Below are positions 29,376 to 39,592 of a DNA stretch of 64,000 bases, piece after piece (the stretch's first letter is position 1; every line of letters begins with the position of its first letter). The DNA is taken from IMG/VR virus record IMGVR_UViG_3300044960_000029, positions 4,643 to 68,642 of that record, one strand, 5' to 3'. This DNA is from a virus. The notes beneath the pieces are model-generated. The model was not told the DNA's origin and did not search any database. It worked only from the letters and a program-made list of their open reading frames with translations. The position numbers were made by a program, and so were the translations under genes.

Positions 29376-29900
29376 TTATATATTTATCCAAAAATTTTTA
29401 TATTTTAATAGATCATCTAAAAATGTTATTTTTGTATTATCTATTAATGTTATATATTTTGTTGGAATATCGATATGATTTTCAACGCATACCATTCTTG
29501 GTGTATTGTTCCATTTAAAAATTAACATTGGTTCTAAATCTAATTTTTTAGCATTTATTCTAGCTTCATCCATCCATTTATATATTGATGATTCTTTATT
29601 TAATAAATGATGCACTTTATCTGCATCTTTATATGCTTTAGCTTCAATAACAAATCTAAATTTTAAATTACATTCTGATTCATTAAGTGGTACGATATCA
29701 CCAATGAATAATCTTAATGCTTCTTTAGAAAATTTTTGGGCAAGTATTTCAAAATTTTTACCACCAACAATAGCACCTGAATTTTCTGATTTTCTAAATT
29801 TTAGTGGATCTAAATATTCAGATAATAAGTTTGCAATATCTCTTTCGTTACCCAATCCTTTTCTTTTACTATTAATACTTTTTCTCTTTTTTTCAGTCAT
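29376..29900 (-). CDS. Holliday junction resolvase-like PD-(D/E)XK nuclease
   Basis: 'SKRKGLGNERDIANLL', 'SGA', 'GDIV', 'IEAKAYK'. Confidence 0.75.
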   Translation of the reverse strand: MTEKKRKSINSKRKGLGNERDIANLLSEYLDPLKFRKSENSGAIVGGKNFEILAQKFSKEALRLFIGDIVPLNESECNLKFRFVIEAKAYKDADKVHHLLNKESSIYKWMDEARINAKKLDLEPMLIFKWNNTPRMVCVENHIDIPTKYITLIDNTKITFLDDLLKYKNFWINI

Positions 29901-29942
29901 TATATCAAATTATTTTTATATAAAAATATACTAAATTATTTA

Positions 29943-31682
29943 TTAATCTTCATTATAGACTATAAAAGAGAATCCATTGTGTTTTTTAATTAATAATTCT
30001 CTGTCAAATCTTTCAGACATTTCTGGTCTATGAGAAATAACCCAAATTCCTAATTCTTCATCTCTAGATTTACGTTTTATTAATTTTATAATAGAATCCA
30101 CACCTTGACTGTCTAATGATCCACCATCAACTTCATCCATAAATAGTGAATTTATTTTAAAATGAAGATGATGAAATACATCTCTAAAAGCTAAAGATAA
30201 TGCTAAGTTTACACGTTTCTTTTCACCACTAGATAAGTTACCAAAATCTAATTCCCTTCCATATTCTGAGACAGTACAGCTCATATCAGTGTCAAACTTA
30301 ACAATATGTGGAAATCCTAAAACATTAGTGTATTCATTTATTCTATTATTTAAAAATGGAATTGTAATACTAATAATTTTTCGTCTAATAAATGAATTTT
30401 TATCTGTTAATAATTTAAGTAAAAATTGTTGATGTTCTAATAATTTTTTTAAATTATCTAATTTTTCATAATCTATTTTGTCAATAGTTTCATTTAATAT
30501 GGCATTATATGCTTCTATATGTGGGTTTATACCATCTTCTAATTCTTTAATTTTTGTTTTAAGAATAGCAGCCGATGTTTTAGCATTTGTCATATCTTGT
30601 AATGATTTATATGTCAAATTAGATTTGGCTTCTATTAATTCATTTTCTAATAATTTTAGATTTTCTTCAATTTTTGTTAATTCGTTGGTTTGATCAGAAA
30701 TTTTAGTCGTTAATGTTTCATACTCTATTGCTAAATTTTCAATTTTTGATTCACTATTTTCAAATTTTTGTAAACAATATGGGCATCTTGCTTCAGATAA
30801 ATGAATAATTTCATTTTCTACATCATTAATGCGTTTTTGTTTTGCGTTTAACTCATTAATTAATGTTATTTTATTATTTTTTAATTTTGATATGTTCTGA
30901 TTAAGATTAATTATAGTCAAATGGAGATTTTCCTCTTTTACAAAATCAATATTGTCTAATTTTATTATTTCATTTTTGAAATTGTTTAAATTTTCTATTC
31001 TTTCTTTATCCCATTTTTCCATTCTATTTTTAGCATCAATTAACCTTTTTTCGTGTGATTCTTTATTTTTTTCTTGTATTTTAATTAATGTGTCAGCTGT
31101 TTGGATGTCTATTTCAGTTTGCTTAATTAATTCTCTTAATTTAATCGCTTTTTCAGATAAAATCGTTATATTAAATAATTCTTCAATTATAGTACGTTGT
31201 GCAGATAACGGCATATCAAGAAATGGTAAATCATTTCCAGAAAATATGACAACTCTACAAAACAAGTCGTATGATATTCCAATTATATCTAATATTTTTT
31301 TATCTACAGCAGAAACACTGTCAGGTGTTATATCTTCACCATCTGCTAAAAGATTTATAATATAATTTTCTCCTCTACTTCTATAAATTTCATATTCAAT
31401 ATCGCCTTTAGAAAATAAAAGACGAACTTCCATTTGAGTATTTTTAGTATTGTTTGTTTTATTAATTAAACGCTCTTTAGAAATATTTGATATTGGTTTA
31501 TTGAACAATGCATATGATATAGCATTTATAATAGCGGTTTTACCAACGCCATTGGCCCCACCTGTATCTAAATTATCACCAAGAATTAATGTTGTTCCAT
31601 CAAATTCTAAATCTAATTCTTGGGTGTTATTTCCAAAAGATAAAAAATTTCTAATTTCTATTTTTTTAAAAATTAATTTCAT
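29943..31682 (-). CDS. gp46: recombination endonuclease ATPase subunit (gp46/SbcC/Rad50-like)
   Basis: 'NFLSFGN', Walker A 'NGVGKT', zinc hook 'CPYCLQ', signature 'LSSGEKKR', 'FMDEV', 'VISH'. Confidence 0.93.
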   Translation of the reverse strand: MKLIFKKIEIRNFLSFGNNTQELDLEFDGTTLILGDNLDTGGANGVGKTAIINAISYALFNKPISNISKERLINKTNNTKNTQMEVRLLFSKGDIEYEIYRSRGENYIINLLADGEDITPDSVSAVDKKILDIIGISYDLFCRVVIFSGNDLPFLDMPLSAQRTIIEELFNITILSEKAIKLRELIKQTEIDIQTADTLIKIQEKNKESHEKRLIDAKNRMEKWDKERIENLNNFKNEIIKLDNIDFVKEENLHLTIINLNQNISKLKNNKITLINELNAKQKRINDVENEIIHLSEARCPYCLQKFENSESKIENLAIEYETLTTKISDQTNELTKIEENLKLLENELIEAKSNLTYKSLQDMTNAKTSAAILKTKIKELEDGINPHIEAYNAILNETIDKIDYEKLDNLKKLLEHQQFLLKLLTDKNSFIRRKIISITIPFLNNRINEYTNVLGFPHIVKFDTDMSCTVSEYGRELDFGNLSSGEKKRVNLALSLAFRDVFHHLHFKINSLFMDEVDGGSLDSQGVDSIIKLIKRKSRDEELGIWVISHRPEMSERFDRELLIKKHNGFSFIVYNED

Positions 31683-32707
31683 AATTTTTTATATATTTCA
31701 ATTAACGTGTTTGATGATATTGTTGTCGTATCAGTAACTTTTGTCAATAATGTTTCTACCATTTCATCTATATTAGAAATATTAATATCAATATTATTAT
31801 CACCTTCTAATGCTTCTTTTTTCTCTTCTATATTTTCTTCTATTATAAATTCTCTTAGGTTATACGTTTTTAAAAATTCTTCTTTTAATATTTGTGCTTC
31901 ATTATATGTAATATCTAAATCTAATGTACAACGAATACGAGAATTTTTACGAGGAACCCATTCACCATTAATAATCTTTTTTAAACTAGTTTTAAAATAT
32001 CCTGGACAATTTTCCCAATTTATAAAATTTATATTTGTTTTTTCTACATCTAATATAGCCATCCCACGGTCTAAATCACCAGCGTCTCCAAAATCCATAG
32101 GAAATGTATTGCCTATATAGATAACGTTATCTCGTATTTGACGTTTATGAAAATGACCAGATATAATCAAATTTTGGTCTTTAAATAAAGTATGATCAGG
32201 ACCATGTTCCATTTTATTAAAACTTCCAGTAACAATAAATCCTTTAAATTCAAAATGTCCTAACCATATAGGAATATTTTTATATTCTACTAAAGTTGGG
32301 TATTCATGTTTAAACAAGTATGGGCAAAATAAAATATTATCTATTACTGTTGGTTCGGATATAATTATAAAATTTTCTAAATTTTTAAAAACTTCAGCTG
32401 AATGAATTTTTCTTGATGTTCTATGATATAGGTCATGGTTGCCAATAATATGAATAATAGGAAGTCCCAATGAATCTAATTTTGTTAAACCAATATGAGC
32501 ATAGTTCAAAGTTAACACATTAATGGCAGATCTACTTTCAAATAGGTCACCAAGAAATGCTATATGTGTTATATCTTTATCTTTTTTAACTTCAGAACAA
32601 AAAAATTCAATAAAGTCTAAACAATCTTTATTGTGTTGTTCTAAATTATTCTTTTTACCAAAATGTATGTCACTCCAAAGTGCAATTTTTTTAATTTTTG
32701 ATTGCAA
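31679..32707 (-). CDS. gp47: recombination endonuclease subunit (gp47/SbcD/Mre11-like)
   Basis: metallophosphoesterase motifs 'SDIHFG', 'LGDLF', 'GNHD', 'GHFE', 'SGHFH'. Confidence 0.93.
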   Translation of the reverse strand: MQSKIKKIALWSDIHFGKKNNLEQHNKDCLDFIEFFCSEVKKDKDITHIAFLGDLFESRSAINVLTLNYAHIGLTKLDSLGLPIIHIIGNHDLYHRTSRKIHSAEVFKNLENFIIISEPTVIDNILFCPYLFKHEYPTLVEYKNIPIWLGHFEFKGFIVTGSFNKMEHGPDHTLFKDQNLIISGHFHKRQIRDNVIYIGNTFPMDFGDAGDLDRGMAILDVEKTNINFINWENCPGYFKTSLKKIINGEWVPRKNSRIRCTLDLDITYNEAQILKEEFLKTYNLREFIIEENIEEKKEALEGDNNIDINISNIDEMVETLLTKVTDTTTISSNTLIEIYKKL

Positions 32708-32744
32708 ATTTCTACCCTCTTTAAAAAATATTATTTTTTAAAAA

Positions 32745-33452
32745 TTATTTTTTATTATTTTTATTTTTATTGATCTTTTTCTTTTGTTTTTGGACTTTTT
32801 CTTTTTTAACAGATGTTATCTGTTTAGATGATGATTTCTTTTTTCTTGTATTAATATCTGATTTAATTTTTTCTAAATTATGTATATTTTCATTATCATT
32901 ATATTCTGAACAGTTATATACCGATGTGTCTGATATTTTATTTATTTCTGTATATTGTATTGATTTAAGATATTCATCTTCAATGTTATGTTCTTTAATA
33001 TATTCATCATGAGCATTTTCAATATATGTATTGGATGGAGTTGAACCTAATTCTAATATTAATTCATCTCTAATAGTACGATGTTTTTTTTCTTCGGCCA
33101 TATATTGTAAAAAGCTATTATGTATCATAGTAGTGTAAAAAGCAAATGGGTTAGATGATTTTTTAGGGTCAAATTTTAAACCGTTCGCACATAAGTTCAT
33201 TAATGCAGCTGATATCATATCATCTCTAAAACTATATCCTATAAAACTTGATTTTTTTGAATATTTTTCTGTAATCATTAAAAACATCTTAGCTAAAGTA
33301 TCTGTAATTTTACCTAATTTTTTAGCTTCTAATACTGCTGGAAGTAATGTAGCATTGGTAATATAGTGACCTTTTTCTGATGTGGCTTTTGGTCTTCTAT
33401 TTTTTTTAATAGAAGTTTTTGCTTTTGTGTCTGTTTTTTTCTTTTGTGTCAT
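32745..33452 (-). CDS. gp55: late-transcription sigma factor (gp55-like)
   Basis: 'HYITN', 'FIGYSFRDDMIS', 'FDPKKSSNPFAFYT..I.NSFLQ...EKK'; next to gp47. Confidence 0.85.
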   Translation of the reverse strand: MTQKKKTDTKAKTSIKKNRRPKATSEKGHYITNATLLPAVLEAKKLGKITDTLAKMFLMITEKYSKKSSFIGYSFRDDMISAALMNLCANGLKFDPKKSSNPFAFYTTMIHNSFLQYMAEEKKHRTIRDELILELGSTPSNTYIENAHDEYIKEHNIEDEYLKSIQYTEINKISDTSVYNCSEYNDNENIHNLEKIKSDINTRKKKSSSKQITSVKKEKVQKQKKKINKNKNNKK

Positions 33453-33488
33453 TTTATGATACCTTTAAAATTATAATTATTTTATGAT

Positions 33489-33496
33489 TATAAATA
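33489..33496 (+). promoter_or_regulatory. T4-type late promoter
   Basis: TATAAATA upstream of the cytidyltransferase/baseplate operon. Confidence 0.5.
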
Positions 33497-33646
33497 AGAA
33501 TATTGATAAAGTAAAAAAAGTGAAGGATTTTGAATTTTAATATATACAATATTTTTATTTATTAAATATAAAAATGTACGTTTTGGTATATTCTATTTTT
33601 TAAATAAATAGAGATTATATAGAGAAATTAATAGGATAATAAAAAT

Positions 33647-34333
33647 ATGGAAGAATCATTAATTTTTGAAGAACAAGATATACCACCAATGCAAAAAAAG
33701 ACTGCAACAGTTATTATTGGTCGATTTCAACCGCCACATGCTGGTCATTACAAAGTAATACAACATGCATGGAAATTTACTAAAGAAAAAGATTTAGATG
33801 CATTAATTTTAGTTATTGTAGATGGTGTTAATACATCTAAAGATAAAAAAACAAATCCATTAACATCAGATGAAAGAATTAGATATATTAAAAATTCTGG
33901 AAAAGCAAATTGGGTTAAAGATATATTAGTTGCATCAAATGCTTTTGATGCTTTAGTTAAAGTTAGAGAAGCAGGATATGAACCTATAGCAATTGCTGCC
34001 GGTGATGATAGATCAGACAAATATTTGGTAATGCTTGATAAATATTTTTTAGATAATGATGGTAAACCAATTAAACATTTTAAAGTTCCAGGATTAGAAA
34101 GAAACAAAAGTTCTACACAAAATGATCTTAAAAAATCATCAATACAGAAAGCAATAGAAAAAATACAGTCAAATGGTGAATTAGATGTTGAAGAAGCATC
34201 AGGATCATTAGCAAGAGCTGCAGTAGAACATGGTTTTTTTGATGAGTTCGTTAAAATTGTAGGTTTAGAAAAAAATTTACCTGCAGCAAAACAAATGTTT
34301 AATAAAATTAAAAAGTCATTAAATAATGGATAA
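33647..34333 (+). CDS. cytidyltransferase-like (HxGH nucleotidyltransferase) protein
   Basis: 'IGRFQPPHAGH', 'NPL', 'AGDDR', 'SGSLAR'. Confidence 0.8.
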   Translation: MEESLIFEEQDIPPMQKKTATVIIGRFQPPHAGHYKVIQHAWKFTKEKDLDALILVIVDGVNTSKDKKTNPLTSDERIRYIKNSGKANWVKDILVASNAFDALVKVREAGYEPIAIAAGDDRSDKYLVMLDKYFLDNDGKPIKHFKVPGLERNKSSTQNDLKKSSIQKAIEKIQSNGELDVEEASGSLARAAVEHGFFDEFVKIVGLEKNLPAAKQMFNKIKKSLNNG

Positions 34334-34338
34334 AAATT

Positions 34339-35457
34339 ATGAGTTTATGGCCTAATATACCATTAGTAGATTTTTCTTTAGCAACAGATGCATTAAAGAT
34401 TAAAGAATCTTTTGATAAAATTGTTTCTACGGGTAAAACTCCATTATTTAATGGAATGATAAGTGGTCCACCAACTCTACAACCAAATCAAGCATTAAAA
34501 CAAATTTTAGGAGTTCAGAATGTTGAATTTGTAAATAATATGTTTAGATTAGGACCAGGGTTTCAAATATCTGGAAATCAATCATCATCTATTCCAATTG
34601 ATAATGAAGGATTAACGAGAAGTATACGTGTTAAATTAGTCCCCGTTAATAGTCAGGGATCAGACGCAGATGGTGTCACATTTTTTGCATCACCAACAAT
34701 AGGTGAATCAAGACAAGCATCATGGGATTCTGTTCCTGTTACTCATCATCCAGGAGAAATATTAGCATATAAAACAACATCATCAAGAAGTTGGGAAATT
34801 TCGTCTGCAAAATTAATTTCTAGAACACCTAAAGAAGCAACAAGTAATTTAGTTATATTAAACAAAATTAGATCATGGGTTATGCCATATTATGGGTATG
34901 GAACAGAAAAATCACAAAAAAATAAATTAGGTGCTCCTCCACCAATTTTAATATTTTCTGGGTATGGTGATGCAAATATAGGTCCAGTACCAGTTGTGTT
35001 ATTATCATATAACTTTAATTATAGTAGTGACATGGAAATGATTCAATGTGAACAATTATTAAATGATAATGGTGAAATATTAATAAAAGCCGGAACACCA
35101 TTTCCAATTATATCAGAAATATCATTGACACTTAAAGAAAGTTATTCACCACGAGAATTTTCTTCATTTGATATTGTTGCATATAAAATGGGAGATATGA
35201 AAAATGCTTATAATGTTTCGACTAATGGACCAAATATTAGCACCCCAAAAACAACATCAATAGGAACTAATGTATCTAGATCTGAATCACGTAATGATAA
35301 TCAGGCAACTTCACCATATTATAATCCATTACCTGGTGAAATTCAAGCAAATATTTTAGATTTAAATACATATTCTAATGCTACAGCATATATGGGATTT
35401 GGAGGTCAAGATAATCCTGATCCTACAAAAAATATGGGATTTGGAGGTCAATATTAA
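34339..35457 (+). CDS. baseplate/tail-tube-initiator-like protein
   Basis: 'LGAPPPILIFSGYG...PVVL.SY.F', 'SLTLKESYSP'; directly precedes the gp53-like gene. Confidence 0.55.
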   Translation: MSLWPNIPLVDFSLATDALKIKESFDKIVSTGKTPLFNGMISGPPTLQPNQALKQILGVQNVEFVNNMFRLGPGFQISGNQSSSIPIDNEGLTRSIRVKLVPVNSQGSDADGVTFFASPTIGESRQASWDSVPVTHHPGEILAYKTTSSRSWEISSAKLISRTPKEATSNLVILNKIRSWVMPYYGYGTEKSQKNKLGAPPPILIFSGYGDANIGPVPVVLLSYNFNYSSDMEMIQCEQLLNDNGEILIKAGTPFPIISEISLTLKESYSPREFSSFDIVAYKMGDMKNAYNVSTNGPNISTPKTTSIGTNVSRSESRNDNQATSPYYNPLPGEIQANILDLNTYSNATAYMGFGGQDNPDPTKNMGFGGQY

Positions 35458-35834
35458 TGGCAATTATTAGTAGTGTAAATTTAAAAACATCTAGATATGT
35501 CCATGGTGGTAATACTGAGGTTAGAAATGACAAATTAGAATGGTGGGAACGAAGAATTTTTAATTCATCACCAACAGATTTAGAATATGTTGTGGAAAAT
35601 AAATATGAAGGACGTTTAGATTTAATAGCATATGCTTTTTATGGAGATCCTAAATTATGGTGGATTATAGGACAATATAATAATATCTTGGATCCAATAA
35701 CAGAAATAGTACCAGGAAGAATATTAACAATACCTATTAAAGATAGAGTTATGTCTGAATTTTTAGACAGAAAACTTGGTGGGTATGAATCTCAGAGAGA
35801 GCTTGAAAAGATTATCTCACCGGTTATTGTATAA
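35457..35834 (+). CDS. baseplate wedge protein (gp53-like, LysM-type)
   Basis: 'RLDLIAYAFYGDPKLWWII...N...DP....PG..L.IP'. Confidence 0.8.
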   Translation: MAIISSVNLKTSRYVHGGNTEVRNDKLEWWERRIFNSSPTDLEYVVENKYEGRLDLIAYAFYGDPKLWWIIGQYNNILDPITEIVPGRILTIPIKDRVMSEFLDRKLGGYESQRELEKIISPVIV

Positions 35835-35880
35835 AAACACACATGTTTTTACATATATATTTTTATATATATTATAAATT

Positions 35881-38106
35881 ATGAGTTTTCCACAAAATCC
35901 ATTAGATAAATATAGATCATATTCAACACATCATATATTAGTTGTTGCAGCTACAACAGAAACAATTAGAGTGTTGACTACAAAATTATCAGATAATCAA
36001 GATACGCAATTTTTAAACATAATATCTAATGCAAAACTTGGTGAACCAATATCATCTGGATTAGGTAATAAAATGGATGCATATCTAATTTTAGATAGCA
36101 GAAAATTATCAAACTATACTATTAAAGATATTGAATATCACACAACATTTAGTTCAGGTAATTTAGTCAATACACAAATTATTACGACATTTGTTAATAT
36201 GACTATATTTGATACATATGGAATTTCATTCATAAATTATTTAAAGCATTTATGTGATGAAGTTTTTAAAACTGATTATAATGGTTTAACTTTTTTATTA
36301 AAAACAATTTTTGTTGGACATACTGATAGTGGTACTATAGAAACAATTACATCATCAGAAATTCCGATGTTTATGGTAAATTTAGAAATGAATATTGATC
36401 ACATCGGAGGAACATATTATATACAATTTGCTCCATTAAATGGTGGAACTAAATTCTCATTTCCTGATATTTATACTGCATATGATTTATCAACTATAAG
36501 TGGTAAAACATTAGGTGAAATGTTTGATTCATTACAGAATAAATTAAATCGTAAAATACGAGAATTTTATAAAAAATTAAATTTGGAAAATGATACAAAA
36601 ACGCAATCACCAGAATCTGTGCAAAAAAATAAAAAAATAGGTAGACCTGTTCAATACATGTTTACTTTGCCTGGTGATGTTATTGAAACAGATAAAACAT
36701 CATCTGATAGTAAATCTAAATGGCGTGATTTTTTAATGACAGGAGTATTAGAAGCTTTAGAAGAACAAGATAATAGAATTAAACAAGAAAAAAAGAAAGA
36801 AGAAGAAGATGAAGAGCGTTTTAGGCAAGAAAAGTTAGATATGCAAGAAAAATTAAGAAAAAATGGTGTACCAGAACCAGAAATTCGTACAAAATTAGAT
36901 GAAATGAATAAAGCTAGAATTGAACAAAAAAAGAAAAATGCACAAAATCAACACAATATAATATCTGTTGATAAATATGGTACAGTATATTTAGCTTTAA
37001 GTCCTAAAGCCACGATACCAGAAATTATATCAAATATTATGAGTATGTGTTTAGAAGTTAATCATAAAATGTCATATGGTGCTCTTAAAGGAAAAAAAGT
37101 AAGTAGATATAAAACATTGACATATGTTACATCAGATAATGAATCAATAACGGTTCATTTTGATATAGTTGAGCAAGTAATAGTAGATGTTGATGAATTG
37201 TCAACATCTAAGAAAAAAGCATCTTCATCAAATAATAAACAGTCTTCATTGTCAGCATTTTTTAATGAAGATGGAACCCCAAAAAATTCTATTGAATTTG
37301 ATTATATTTTTACCGGAAAAAATACTGACATTTTAAATTTAGATATAAAGGTAAATAATGCAGTATTATATTTGAAAAATGTAGATAAACTATCTGAAGA
37401 TTCTAGACAACAAAAAGATATAGGAAATACAGATCAAAAATCAAAAATTAATGAAAATATTAAGATAGATGAAAAGCAATTAAATTATAAAATATTAGAA
37501 AATACACCTATAACAACAGCAACAAAAACGCAATTAGAATTGACTGCACATGCGGCTATACAACAGGGAAATTCTGAAAAATTGGGAGTTGAAAATACAG
37601 TTTTATCTAGAGCTAGACAAGAGGCATTAAATTTAATGAGTGATTTACATGGTGTATCTTCACAGGATATCAAAATGACGATTCGTGGAAATCCTGATTT
37701 ATTAAACAAATCATTATCATATAGTCAAGTATTACCGCATGTTAAAGTTAATGATATAAATGTTATTGAAATAAATGAAAAAAATACATTTAACGTTGGT
37801 GATGAAACACTTTATAAACAAGCATTAAAGAAAGAACTTGAAATAACAAAAACATCACCATCATTACCAGAAATGAATGTAGCATTGTGTCCATTATTTT
37901 GTAAAATTAATATTAATACCCCAAATGTTGATATGTATGGTCGACCAATTGATGATAATTTTGCAAAAAGATACTGGTATGATGGTTGGTATTATGTTAG
38001 TGATATATATCATACATTTAAAGATGGTGTTTTTACCCAAGAATTAACAATGAATGCAATAGATATATTTTCTAGATACAGAAGTTTTAGAAATAGTGGT
38101 GAATAA
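35881..38106 (+). CDS. baseplate hub-like protein (gp27-like)
   Basis: 'NPLDKYRSYS', 'YIFTGKNTDIL', 'IRGNP', 'G.Y.V..I.H.F.DG.FTQEL'; upstream of the spike gene. Confidence 0.6.
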   Translation: MSFPQNPLDKYRSYSTHHILVVAATTETIRVLTTKLSDNQDTQFLNIISNAKLGEPISSGLGNKMDAYLILDSRKLSNYTIKDIEYHTTFSSGNLVNTQIITTFVNMTIFDTYGISFINYLKHLCDEVFKTDYNGLTFLLKTIFVGHTDSGTIETITSSEIPMFMVNLEMNIDHIGGTYYIQFAPLNGGTKFSFPDIYTAYDLSTISGKTLGEMFDSLQNKLNRKIREFYKKLNLENDTKTQSPESVQKNKKIGRPVQYMFTLPGDVIETDKTSSDSKSKWRDFLMTGVLEALEEQDNRIKQEKKKEEEDEERFRQEKLDMQEKLRKNGVPEPEIRTKLDEMNKARIEQKKKNAQNQHNIISVDKYGTVYLALSPKATIPEIISNIMSMCLEVNHKMSYGALKGKKVSRYKTLTYVTSDNESITVHFDIVEQVIVDVDELSTSKKKASSSNNKQSSLSAFFNEDGTPKNSIEFDYIFTGKNTDILNLDIKVNNAVLYLKNVDKLSEDSRQQKDIGNTDQKSKINENIKIDEKQLNYKILENTPITTATKTQLELTAHAAIQQGNSEKLGVENTVLSRARQEALNLMSDLHGVSSQDIKMTIRGNPDLLNKSLSYSQVLPHVKVNDINVIEINEKNTFNVGDETLYKQALKKELEITKTSPSLPEMNVALCPLFCKININTPNVDMYGRPIDDNFAKRYWYDGWYYVSDIYHTFKDGVFTQELTMNAIDIFSRYRSFRNSGE

Positions 38107-38108
38107 AA

Positions 38109-39221
38109 ATGATTAATTTAACAATTTATGACGGGATAGTTAAAGATACAAATGATCCTCAACAGATGGGTCGTTGTAAAATATGGGTCCCTGCATTAGA
38201 TGGCGAATTTTATGATGTAAAAAGTCTTCCATGGGCTGATTATGTAAGTCCATTTTTTGGATCAACATTAAATTTTAAAGTTGGTAGAGAAAAATCAGAA
38301 ATTAAAGGATACAGTTCTTACGGTTTTTGGGCTATTCCAAAGATTGGATCTCGCGTAGTTGTATTCTTACTTAATGGTGATATAAATCGTAGAGTATATT
38401 TTGGTTGTATGCTTAATTTACATCAAAATAGAGGTTTACCAAATGGGAGAAATAAAGATGATTTAGGAACATATGGACCATGGAATGAATCTTATGAAAA
38501 ATATAACCCAGCATATGAAAATTTAAGAGAACAATTTCAAAATGATTTACTTAAAGATGAAGCTCAAACAAGAGGTGCATATGAACGTCAGATAGCCCAA
38601 GCTGCTACATTTAAAGATGGAACAGAAGGATATGCAAAAAATATAGTTGATGAAAGCGTTTTAGACCCACAATCATATTGTATTGTGACACCAGGTCATC
38701 ATGCTATTATATTAAATGATGATGAAAAAAATTGTAGAATACGATTTAAAACGACAGCAGGTCATCAAATCATATTTGATGATACAAATGAACGTATTTA
38801 TATTTCAACGGCAAAAGGTAAAACATGGATTGAATTAGACGAAAATGGTCATATGCATATATTTGCAGCAGATGATATATCTATAAGATCAAGTGAAAGT
38901 ATAAATATTAGAGCAGATAAAGATATTAATATTGAGGCACAAAAAAATATTAATATTAAAGCAGTAGATGGAAACATAAAATATACTGCTGGTAAAGATT
39001 ATCATTTATATTCTGGTGGTAGTATTTATGAAACATGTTGTAAAGATCATAACACAAATGTAATAGGAATATTATATGAAACAGCAAAACAAATTCATAT
39101 GAATGGTCCAGAAGCTCAATGCGCTGTTAAAGCAGATCCACCATCTATTATACCAGGGCATGAACCATGGTCGAGACCAACAAAATCAAAATATAAACGT
39201 AATCCTAATTGGAGGAAATAA
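38109..39221 (+). CDS. baseplate central spike (gp5/VgrG-like OB fold + beta-helix)
   Basis: 'DPQQMGRCKIWVP', 'SYGFWAIPKIGSRV', 'TTAGHQIIFDDT', beta-helix repeats, 'PGHEPW'. Confidence 0.8.
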   Translation: MINLTIYDGIVKDTNDPQQMGRCKIWVPALDGEFYDVKSLPWADYVSPFFGSTLNFKVGREKSEIKGYSSYGFWAIPKIGSRVVVFLLNGDINRRVYFGCMLNLHQNRGLPNGRNKDDLGTYGPWNESYEKYNPAYENLREQFQNDLLKDEAQTRGAYERQIAQAATFKDGTEGYAKNIVDESVLDPQSYCIVTPGHHAIILNDDEKNCRIRFKTTAGHQIIFDDTNERIYISTAKGKTWIELDENGHMHIFAADDISIRSSESINIRADKDINIEAQKNINIKAVDGNIKYTAGKDYHLYSGGSIYETCCKDHNTNVIGILYETAKQIHMNGPEAQCAVKADPPSIIPGHEPWSRPTKSKYKRNPNWRK

Positions 39222-39592
39222 TGGGAAAGGTTTTTTATAAAGGATTTTCATCACACGCTTTCGAAGAAAAAGGTTCATTTTCTACCATTAATATAGAAAC
39301 AGTTAAAAGAGATTTATATAATCATATTTTTACAGAAAAAGGTGAAAGATTAATGATGCCAAATTTTGGTACTAGAATACCATCGTTAGTTTTTGAACCA
39401 AATGATGAAAGAACTAGAGAAATAGTTAGAACAGATTTATTAGAAGTTTTTAATTATGATCCTAGAGTTAAACTTATAGATTTACATGTGTCATCTTTAC
39501 CAGATAATAATGCAATAGTTGCATTCGCAGATCTTTTATATATTGAATTTGATGTTAGGGAAACATTAAGAATAGAAGTACCGACAGCTTAA
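39221..39592 (+). CDS. baseplate wedge subunit (gp25-like)
   Basis: 'YKGFSS', 'VKRDLYNHIFTEKGERLMMPNFGT.I..LVFEP', 'DPRV'; ATG at 39221 after GGAGG. Confidence 0.88.
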   Translation: MGKVFYKGFSSHAFEEKGSFSTINIETVKRDLYNHIFTEKGERLMMPNFGTRIPSLVFEPNDERTREIVRTDLLEVFNYDPRVKLIDLHVSSLPDNNAIVAFADLLYIEFDVRETLRIEVPTA

